Shown here: positions 57,229-64,000 of the stretch, piece after piece | Layout: each line of letters begins with the position of its first letter | Position numbering within the stretch: position 1 is the first letter of the stretch | From: a candidate division NPL-UPA2 bacterium Unc8 | Lineage (GTDB): Bacteria > NPL-UPA2 | Direction: 5' to 3' | Assembly (NCBI GenBank): GCA_003574845.1 | Contig: NDHY01000004.1 | Span: forward strand, 12,723 to 76,722 | DNA length: 64,000 nt | Program-made: the position numbers and the translations under genes | Notes under the pieces: model-generated | The model's database searches: none | What the model saw: the letters and a program-made list of their open reading frames with translations, nothing else | Told to the model about the DNA's origin: nothing

Positions 57229-58370
57229 TGGAAAGAAAAGTAGTGGACCCTGAATATATGTTCAAGCGCGCTCCGCGTGAGAAAAAATTTCTCATTGGAA
57301 ATGAGGCGGTTGCCGAAGCAGTGAAGCGAGCCAATGTGGATATAGCAATTGCCTATCCTATTACGCCACAAAGCGAGGCTACCCACATAGTGGGAGATAT
57401 TTATGCTGAAGGCTATATAAAAGACTATTATCGTGGAGAGGATGAGTTCAATGTAATGAGCGCAATTGCCGGTGCGAGGATGGGAGGGGCAAGAACATTT
57501 ACCGCCACCTCTGGACCAGGCACGCTGAGAGCATTTGAAATGTTTCCACTCTGGGCTGGAGCAAGACTGCCGGTGGTGTGTGCATTTATGTGCAGGGGCG
57601 TAAATTCTCCGCTGACCATCCAGCCGGATAACATTGAAATTGGGTGGTTGATGGATACAGGGATGCTGATATTTCATGCAGAGAATCCTCAGGAATTCTT
57701 TGATATGACCCTGCAGGCATACATTGTTGCCGAGCAGCCTGATGTCCATATACCAATCGGAGTATGCGTAGATGGCTTCTTTGTTACTCATACGCGGGAA
57801 ATTGTTGAGGTAACCCCGGAGGATGAGATGCTGCCGCCCTATGACCCTTCAACCTCACCGGTACCGATAATGGACATGGAGGTGCCGCCAATAAGACAGA
57901 TGAGAGACCCGTTTGTTATGAAAAGTAATTACATAAGTTATAACACACATGCCAGCTGGCAGCAGGAAGTCCGAGCAGCAGGAGAACGAGCAAAAAAACA
58001 TATTGCCAGATATGTAGGGAAATTCATAGAGGTTACCAACCCTGATGCAGAGATACTACTGATAGCATCAGGAACCGCTGCTGCCCAGGCGAGAGTAGCA
58101 ATGGAGCAGGCAAGAGAGAAAGGGATGGATGTAGGGCTGGCAAAAATCAGAGTAATAAGGCCATTCCCCGAGGATGAGGTCAGAGAATTGGCTGAAAACC
58201 CCCGCATAATCATAGTTCCGGAGCATAACATTGTAGGCTGGCTTGCCCGTGAGATAAAATCAAGAATTGATAACTCAGGTAAGGTAAGGGGACATCCGCG
58301 AGTATTTGGCGGAATGACAATGCCGCCGGAATTCATAATGGAAGAAATAGTAAATGGGAGGGCAAGGTGA
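57225..58370 (+). CDS. 2-oxoacid:ferredoxin oxidoreductase alpha subunit (PorA/VorA-like)
   Basis: IGNEAVAEAVKRANVDIAIAYPITPQSE transketolase-like pyrimidine domain; 381 aa. Confidence 0.85.
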   Translation: MMERKVVDPEYMFKRAPREKKFLIGNEAVAEAVKRANVDIAIAYPITPQSEATHIVGDIYAEGYIKDYYRGEDEFNVMSAIAGARMGGARTFTATSGPGTLRAFEMFPLWAGARLPVVCAFMCRGVNSPLTIQPDNIEIGWLMDTGMLIFHAENPQEFFDMTLQAYIVAEQPDVHIPIGVCVDGFFVTHTREIVEVTPEDEMLPPYDPSTSPVPIMDMEVPPIRQMRDPFVMKSNYISYNTHASWQQEVRAAGERAKKHIARYVGKFIEVTNPDAEILLIASGTAAAQARVAMEQAREKGMDVGLAKIRVIRPFPEDEVRELAENPRIIIVPEHNIVGWLAREIKSRIDNSGKVRGHPRVFGGMTMPPEFIMEEIVNGRAR

Positions 58371-59203
58371 TGAAAAAAAATATTGCAACAATATCTCCTG
58401 GCTTTGAAGATATAATGCCCGAGGAATATCAGGACTTGGTGAATGACGGTCCTTATGGCAGGGGATTGGGAATAAAAAATCTCGGCACCTTTAAGGAGTT
58501 GATAGAAGAACACCCGCTATGTGCAGGGTGCGGCCTTGCCCTGGCAATAAGACTGACGGCGGCTTCTCTTCCTGCCCCTGAAGATACAATCATAGTTGGA
58601 ACTACAGGGTGCAATAGTATTCTTATGCCTCAGCTGGCAATTCACAATATCCACTCGCTCTTTGGAAATCAGTCATCTCTGGCGGCGGGCCTAAAGCGGG
58701 CGCTAAAGCTGAGGTACCCGGATAAAAATAAAGATGTGGTAGTAATGGCCGGGGACGGCGGTATAGCCGACATCGGACTTTCTCCCACACTCCACACCTG
58801 GCTAAGAAGAGAAAACCTTACTACGATAATGTTAGACAATGAAAGCTACTCCAACACTGGTGGACAGGAGAGCGGAATGAGCTGCGAAGGAGCTGTGCTG
58901 AATATGGCGCCGACAGGAAAGAAGTTCCCCAAGATACCAATGCCTGAGATAGCTAAAGATAGCGGCTGTGCTTATGTTGCCACAGTGAGTGTTGCTAATG
59001 CAAGGCGGCTTGGAAGGATGGTGAAAAGAGCAATTCTTGTGGCAAGGGAAATTGGCCCAACATACCTCCAGATATTTGTCCCCTGTCCCACTAATTACAA
59101 ATTTTCTACCTCAGAGACGCTAAAGCGAGCAAAAGAACGTGAGAAGATAATGGAATATATCTCCTCTGAAGCAGAAAAACTAATAAAGGAGGCAAATATA
59201 TGA
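58367..59203 (+). CDS. 2-oxoacid:ferredoxin oxidoreductase beta subunit (TPP-binding)
   Basis: CAGCGLALAIRL and GDGGIADIGL TPP/Fe-S motifs; 278 aa. Confidence 0.85.
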   Translation: MMKKNIATISPGFEDIMPEEYQDLVNDGPYGRGLGIKNLGTFKELIEEHPLCAGCGLALAIRLTAASLPAPEDTIIVGTTGCNSILMPQLAIHNIHSLFGNQSSLAAGLKRALKLRYPDKNKDVVVMAGDGGIADIGLSPTLHTWLRRENLTTIMLDNESYSNTGGQESGMSCEGAVLNMAPTGKKFPKIPMPEIAKDSGCAYVATVSVANARRLGRMVKRAILVAREIGPTYLQIFVPCPTNYKFSTSETLKRAKEREKIMEYISSEAEKLIKEANI

Positions 59204-59856
59204 AATCAAGCATAAGAATGTCCGGGCTTGGTGGACAGGGTATGGTCACAGCCGCAAACTTACTGGGCACTGCAGCAGTAAAAGATGGAAAATACAGCAT
59301 TGTGATTCCGTTCTTTGGAGCAGAAAAAAGGCTTGCCCCCACAGAAAGCTATCTTCGCATATCAGATGAAGAAGTGTATGAAAAAGGCGAAGCCGTTTAT
59401 CCAAATATTATTATGGTCTTTCATAAGGATGTAATTGACAAAGGAAAATGCTATACAATGCCGTTTTACGAAGGACTCCAGTCAGAAGGACTGCTCATTA
59501 TCAATAGTGCTAATAAAGTCTTAATTCCAGAATATGATATCTCAAAATTACGCGAGCTGAAAATAAATATTATCTATGTCTCAGCTTCTAAAATTGCCAT
59601 GGAGGTAGCTGGCACTGAATTAGCAACCAATATGGTAATGTTAGGCGCTCTTATCGGTGTAACCGAGATAGTTACTCTTGAAAGCATGGAGAAAGCAATT
59701 ACAGAAAGATTTAGCGGCAAGACAAAGTTTATTGCTTCAGGAACAACTGCAGCGTTGGATGATGTGCTTAAAAAAAAGTATACCAAAGCAGCACAGCTTA
59801 TAGAAAAAAATATGGAAGCAATTCGTGTAGCGTATACTTCCACCAAAAATGCTTAG
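59200..59856 (+). CDS. 2-oxoacid:ferredoxin oxidoreductase gamma subunit
   Basis: SGLGGQGMVTAANLLGTAAVKDGKY is the PorG signature; 218 aa. Confidence 0.85.
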   Translation: MKSSIRMSGLGGQGMVTAANLLGTAAVKDGKYSIVIPFFGAEKRLAPTESYLRISDEEVYEKGEAVYPNIIMVFHKDVIDKGKCYTMPFYEGLQSEGLLIINSANKVLIPEYDISKLRELKINIIYVSASKIAMEVAGTELATNMVMLGALIGVTEIVTLESMEKAITERFSGKTKFIASGTTAALDDVLKKKYTKAAQLIEKNMEAIRVAYTSTKNA

Positions 59857-59884
59857 TAGCCCGAGGGAGTAATAAAAGGAGAAT

Positions 59885-60082
59885 TTGATGCTTATCAGTG
59901 TGAAAAACGAAAAATGCACGGGGTGCAGGCTATGCATCCTTGCCTGCCCTGAACCCAATGTAATCTGCTTCAATCCCAAGAAGAAGATTGTTAACATTGA
60001 CCCCGATGGATGCAAAGTCTGCAGATTGTGTATAGAAACTTGCCCTGAAGAAGCAATAGAGTCTACCGATGTGGCAATCTGA
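59885..60082 (+). CDS. 2-oxoacid:ferredoxin oxidoreductase delta subunit (2x[4Fe-4S] ferredoxin)
   Basis: CTGCRLCILACPE and CKVCRLCIETCPE; 65 aa. Confidence 0.8.
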   Translation: MMLISVKNEKCTGCRLCILACPEPNVICFNPKKKIVNIDPDGCKVCRLCIETCPEEAIESTDVAI

Positions 60083-60137
60083 CGTCTGATTACTGAGCGA
60101 TTTTCCACAGTGAGAGATTTTTAAGGGAGTTAGGAAA

Positions 60138-60632
60138 ATGAGAAAGCCATTAGTTGGAATAATTATGGGAAGTGATTCTGATATGGAGACAATGCAGGAA
60201 GCAGCCGAGATACTTCAAGGTTTTGATATAGCTTATGAAATATCTATTGTCTCCGCTCATCGCACCCCCGAGCGAATGTTTAAATATGCCGCCACTGCTT
60301 CTGAGAAAGGCATAGAAGTAATTATTGCCGGTGCCGGCGGGGCAGCGCATCTGCCGGGAATGACCGCTGCCAGCACGTCACTGCCAGTTATCGGCGTTCC
60401 CATTGAATCCCGCGTACTTAAAGGAATAGATTCTCTCTATTCTATTGTCTCTATGCCAGCCGGAGTTCCTGTTGCAACAATGGCAATTGGCAAGGACGGA
60501 GCAAAGAATGCCGCAATCCTTGCGGCACAGATCTTGGGAGTAAAATATTCAGAGATAAGAGAGCGAGTAAAAATTTATAAACAGGAACTGACAAGAAAGG
60601 TAGAGAAAAAAGCAGCAGAGCTAAACAAGTGA
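60138..60632 (+). CDS. purE: N5-carboxyaminoimidazole ribonucleotide mutase
   Basis: [44 protein letters not shown]; 164 aa. Confidence 0.9.
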   Translation: MRKPLVGIIMGSDSDMETMQEAAEILQGFDIAYEISIVSAHRTPERMFKYAATASEKGIEVIIAGAGGAAHLPGMTAASTSLPVIGVPIESRVLKGIDSLYSIVSMPAGVPVATMAIGKDGAKNAAILAAQILGVKYSEIRERVKIYKQELTRKVEKKAAELNK

Positions 60633-61783
60633 GCATAAAAAAAATTTATCCAAAGGCAACCATTGGCATCTTCGGCGGCGGTCAGTTAGGGAGGATGCTT
60701 GCCCAGGCAGCAAAGAAGATTGGATACAATATAATAACCCTTGACCCCATCCCCAATTCTCCTTGTGCCCAGATAGCTGATGAGCAAATTGTCGCTGCTT
60801 TTGATGACTACGGTGCTGCTGAGAGATTAGCAGAACAGAGCGATGTTCTCACATACGAATTTGAAAATGTAAACGCCGACATTATTGAGCACCTGGAAAA
60901 AAAAGGAAACACCGTTTTTCCCTCATCAACTGTCCTCAGGATAACTCAGAATAGAATAAAAGAAAAAGAATTTCTAAAAAAGATAGGCATTTCGGTAACG
61001 GACTTCAGGGCCATCGTCCGCCGCTCTCATCTTGAAGAGGCAAAAGAGGAGTTAGGGCTGCCGGCAATGCTGAAGACAGCCACTGGCGGTTATGACGGAA
61101 AAGGGCAGATATTATTAAACACAGAGGAAGATATTCTTGATGTGCCTCAAGACCTTTTTCTTAAAGAGTTAATCTGGGAGAGGTATGTTCCTTTTATAAA
61201 AGAGATTTCTGTTATCTGCGCCCGTGGGGCAAGTAATGAGCTAATAACCTTCCCTGTATCAGAGAACGTCCATAGAGATAACATACTTTACACCTCCACT
61301 GTCCCCGCCAGGATACCTGCGGAGGTAGAAAAAAAGGCAACTGACATTGCCAGGAGAATCTCCGAGAGGTTAGAAGTAATAGGAGTAATAGGAGTGGAGA
61401 TGTTTCTATGTGAAGATGGGATTATTCTTGTAAATGAAATTGCTCCACGCGTGCACAACTCAGGACACTACACCATTGAAGCTTGCTATACCTCTCAGTT
61501 TGAACAGCACATCAGGGCAATTTGCGGGCTGCCACTTGGCAGGACAGAACTGCTATCACCGGTGGCAATGATAAATATCTTAGGAGAAGGGAAAGGGCAG
61601 GGAGGAGACTTTCTTGTCGGAGTAGAGAAAGTACTGTCCATCCCCGGAATAAGCCTCCATCTTTATGGAAAGGAGAGAGCAAGGGCAGGGAGAAAGATGG
61701 GACATTTAACGGTGCTGGCAGACTCAGTTTTGGAGGCAGTCTCTCGAGCTAAGAAAGCGATTGAAATGCTCTCATGGGAGTGA
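60629..61783 (+). CDS. purK: N5-carboxyaminoimidazole ribonucleotide synthase (ATP-grasp)
   Basis: [14 protein letters not shown]-terminus and an ATP-grasp domain; 384 aa; overlaps the purE stop. Confidence 0.9.
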   Translation: MSIKKIYPKATIGIFGGGQLGRMLAQAAKKIGYNIITLDPIPNSPCAQIADEQIVAAFDDYGAAERLAEQSDVLTYEFENVNADIIEHLEKKGNTVFPSSTVLRITQNRIKEKEFLKKIGISVTDFRAIVRRSHLEEAKEELGLPAMLKTATGGYDGKGQILLNTEEDILDVPQDLFLKELIWERYVPFIKEISVICARGASNELITFPVSENVHRDNILYTSTVPARIPAEVEKKATDIARRISERLEVIGVIGVEMFLCEDGIILVNEIAPRVHNSGHYTIEACYTSQFEQHIRAICGLPLGRTELLSPVAMINILGEGKGQGGDFLVGVEKVLSIPGISLHLYGKERARAGRKMGHLTVLADSVLEAVSRAKKAIEMLSWE

Positions 61784-61894
61784 TGAAAGAAAGAGCACCT
61801 GAAAAATGAATACAGACCAAACCTTTTTTACCAACGAGCCCGGCTCTACCCTGCTATATCTGATGGAAATGCTTCGCAAAATATACCAATTTGC

Positions 61895-61952
61895 CTGCCC
61901 GCCAATCTTTGTGGCGGGGGCATAAACGAAATAGTTCGGTTATTTTAAGTTA
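61895..61952 (+). terminator. GC hairpin (GCCCGCC...GGCGGGG) followed by repeat AAACGAAATAGTTCGGTTATTTTAAGTTA (copy 2); probable purK terminator
   Basis: Stem read directly. The T-rich repeat follows. Same architecture as 53355-53396. Confidence 0.45.
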
Positions 61953-62094
61953 GATGTAATTTTCGGTTAAGGAAATAAAAATGATGAATAACGAAAAAGT
62001 AAAAGTATCAAAAAAACCAATTTGCAGAAGTATTGTATTATTGGCTATCGGGGTATTTAACTAAGAAAGCCATCAAAAAAAGTGCCAAAGCCCA

Positions 62095-62316
62095 ATGGTT
62101 ATAAAATGGGGAAGAAATGGTAGATTTATTGCCTGTTCGGCATACCCGTCTTGTAAAAATACAAAGTCCATAGGAACAGGTGTGAAGTGTCCGTCACAAG
62201 ACTGTGGGGGCGAACTTGTAGAAAGAAGAGCAAGGAAAAAAGGAGCAAGGCTCTTCTACGGTTGTTCAAGGTATCCCGAATGTAAATTTGTCACCTCATA
62301 TTTGAAAAAAATATGA
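62095..62316 (+). CDS. Topoisomerase-I-type zinc-ribbon protein (truncated paralog of the topA C-terminus), translationally coupled to uvrB
   Basis: [18 protein letters not shown]...[34 protein letters not shown] aligns at about 60% identity with topA residues GKYGKFFACKNYPQCKYT...CPEDKCDGEIVEKRTRKKKIFFGCNRYPECNF. The homology continues upstream of the ATG. The stop TGA overlaps the uvrB ATG. Confidence 0.55.
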   Translation: MVIKWGRNGRFIACSAYPSCKNTKSIGTGVKCPSQDCGGELVERRARKKGARLFYGCSRYPECKFVTSYLKKI

Positions 62317-64000
62317 TATTTCATCTCAAAAGTCCATACAAACCTGTTAGTGATCAGCCCTCTGCTATTTATTTCCTGTCAGATGGTATTAAAAAAAATA
62401 TAAGATATCAGACACTGCTTGGCGCAACCGGCACAGGAAAAACATTTACCATTGCAAATGTAATCTCTAATATTGATAAACCCGTCCTTGTAATATCACA
62501 CAACAAAACACTTGCCGCACAATTATACAGAGAGTTCAAAGATTTTTTCCCCAGTAATGCAGTAGAATACTTCATAAGTTATTATGATTATTACCAGCCC
62601 GAAGCATATATCCCGCAGACAGACACATATATTGAAAAAGACGCAACCATAAACGAAGAAATAGACAGACTTCGTCTTAAAGCAACAAGCAGCCTTATTA
62701 CAAGAAGAGATGTGATTGTTGTTGCAAGCGTTTCCTGTATATATAACCTCGGTGAACCTTCCGAGTATGAGGGAGCACACTTAAATATAAGCGTCGGACA
62801 GACTATACCGATGGAGGATATTTTAAAAGAGTTTGTTAGTCTTCGCTATAACAGAGACGAAACAGGGTTTAAGAGAGGTATTTTTAGGGTAAGAGGGGAT
62901 GTTGTTGAAATTTTTCCGTCATATGAGGAAACCCCTTTCAGGATAGAATTTTTTGGCAACAGAATAAAAAAGATTTCTCTTATAAAAACAGACGGGGCCT
63001 TTGTTTCAAACCTTGAAAAACTTTTTCTTTATCCAGCAAAACATTTTGTTGTATCACAAAATAGATTTCAAGATGCCCTTGACTCTATAAGAGAGGAACT
63101 TAAAAAAAGAGTAAAAGAACTTTTATCTGCGGGTAAAGAAATGGAGGCAAACAGGTTAAAAACAAGAACAGAATTTGATATTCAGATGCTTGAAGAAGCA
63201 GGGGTCTGTAATGGCATAGAAAACTATTCTAGACATTTTTCCCGCCGTCCAGCAGGAAGCCGTTCCTATGCGCTTCTTGATTATTTTCCAAAAGATTTTC
63301 TTACCATTATTGATGAATCACATGTTACAATCCCTCAGATTCGGGGAATGTATAATGCAGATAAATCAAGGAAACAAACACTCGTTGATTTTGGTTTCAG
63401 ACTTCCGTCCTGTATGGATAACAGGCCATTAAAATTTGAAGAATGGGATATGCTTACACCTCAATGTATATTTATGTCTGCAACCCCCGGTGGATATGAA
63501 CTGACGAAAAGTTTAGATAGAATTATTGAGCAAATTATAAGACCCACGGGACTTGTTGACCCAAAGATAGAGGTTCGCCCGATAAAAGGACAGATAGACG
63601 ATATTATAAAAGAATGTAAAAACAGGATAAAAAAAGAACAAAGGGTGCTTATAACAACACTTACAAAAAAAATGGCAGAAGAATTGTCCAGGTACCTTGA
63701 AGAAATGGGTATAAAGGCAAGATATATACATTCCGATTTAAATGCATTTGAAAGAGTTGGCATCCTGAAAGATTTGAGGCTCAGAAACATAGATGTGCTT
63801 GTCGGAGTGAATCTTTTAAGAGAAGGGCTTGACCTTCCGGAGGTTTCTCTTGTTGCTGTTTTTGATGCTGATAAAGAGGGGTTCTTAAGGTCAAAAACCT
63901 CGCTGATACAGGTTTCTGGAAGAGCCGCAAGAAATATTGACGGAAGCGTTATACTGTATGCCGATACAATCACCGATTCAATGAAAGAGGCATCAAAAGA
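62313..64000 (+). CDS. uvrB: Excinuclease ABC subunit B, 3' partial (runs off the window)
   Basis: Translated by hand: [22 protein letters not shown]...[16 protein letters not shown]...[12 protein letters not shown]. It is absent from the ORF track because no stop codon occurs before the window end. The gene is AT-rich relative to its neighbours. Confidence 0.9.
   Translation, partial: MIFHLKSPYKPVSDQPSAIYFLSDGIKKNIRYQTLLGATGTGKTFTIANVISNIDKPVLVISHNKTLAAQLYREFKDFFPSNAVEYFISYYDYYQPEAYIPQTDTYIEKDATINEEIDRLRLKATSSLITRRDVIVVASVSCIYNLGEPSEYEGAHLNISVGQTIPMEDILKEFVSLRYNRDETGFKRGIFRVRGDVVEIFPSYEETPFRIEFFGNRIKKISLIKTDGAFVSNLEKLFLYPAKHFVVSQNRFQDALDSIREELKKRVKELLSAGKEMEANRLKTRTEFDIQMLEEAGVCNGIENYSRHFSRRPAGSRSYALLDYFPKDFLTIIDESHVTIPQIRGMYNADKSRKQTLVDFGFRLPSCMDNRPLKFEEWDMLTPQCIFMSATPGGYELTKSLDRIIEQIIRPTGLVDPKIEVRPIKGQIDDIIKECKNRIKKEQRVLITTLTKKMAEELSRYLEEMGIKARYIHSDLNAFERVGILKDLRLRNIDVLVGVNLLREGLDLPEVSLVAVFDADKEGFLRSKTSLIQVSGRAARNIDGSVILYADTITDSMKEASK

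Noticed and set aside
61807-61926. 39-aa ORF MNTDQTFFTNEPGSTLLYLMEMLRKIYQFACPPIFVAGA after purK
   Set aside because: It has no RBS and ends inside the purK terminator hairpin, so it is probably non-coding.
62523-63973. Minus-strand ORFs 62523-62780 and 63461-63973
   Set aside because: They lie antisense inside the well-supported uvrB reading frame and are shadow ORFs in AT-rich sequence.

Overview
This is a gene-dense 64-kb window of a bacterial chromosome with about 50% GC and coding on both strands. It looks like an uncultured anaerobe, because several enzymes are of the archaeal type: archaeal-type PEP carboxylase, a short LeuC/HacA, CimA citramalate synthase and a split transketolase. 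Housekeeping content: envelope sugar genes (UDP-sugar epimerase, UDP-sugar dehydrogenase, Kdo transferase, GlmU-like), the nucleotide excision repair genes uvrA, uvrC and uvrB (uvrB 3' partial), gdhA, a Fur-family regulator next to a cbiMQO Ni/Co ECF transporter that has an unusual upstream lipoprotein and no cbiN, a FecCD-type ABC importer, a thiE-thiC-pfkB-ppcA operon plus thiL, efp, topA, apbE, leuC, purC, a LarB-like PurE paralog, MTHFS, tRNA-Glu(CUC), lysC, cimA, valS, fabH followed by a four-subunit 2-oxoacid:ferredoxin oxidoreductase, and purE-purK. Mobile or accessory content: an intact IS256-family IS abutting the uvrA stop; a MITE-like element with about 35-bp inverted ends plus two solo ends whose terminal CCCCTTA supplies the stop codons of topA and ppcA; a PIN-toxin gene with a coupled small gene and a tyrosine-recombinase C-terminal remnant; and a truncated paralogous copy of the topA zinc-ribbon region translationally coupled to uvrB. 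Most intergenic regions carry short tandem repeats of 5-9 bp units (GTGCCTTT, CAGCCTA, TAGAGTT, CAGAAK, GCTGAWNGC, TGATTGG), and one such block sits in frame inside thiL. The strongest candidate for an undescribed system is a minus-strand operon of a split transketolase and a class-III aminotransferase bracketed by two paralogous SCP2-like lipid-binding proteins (23712-28572).
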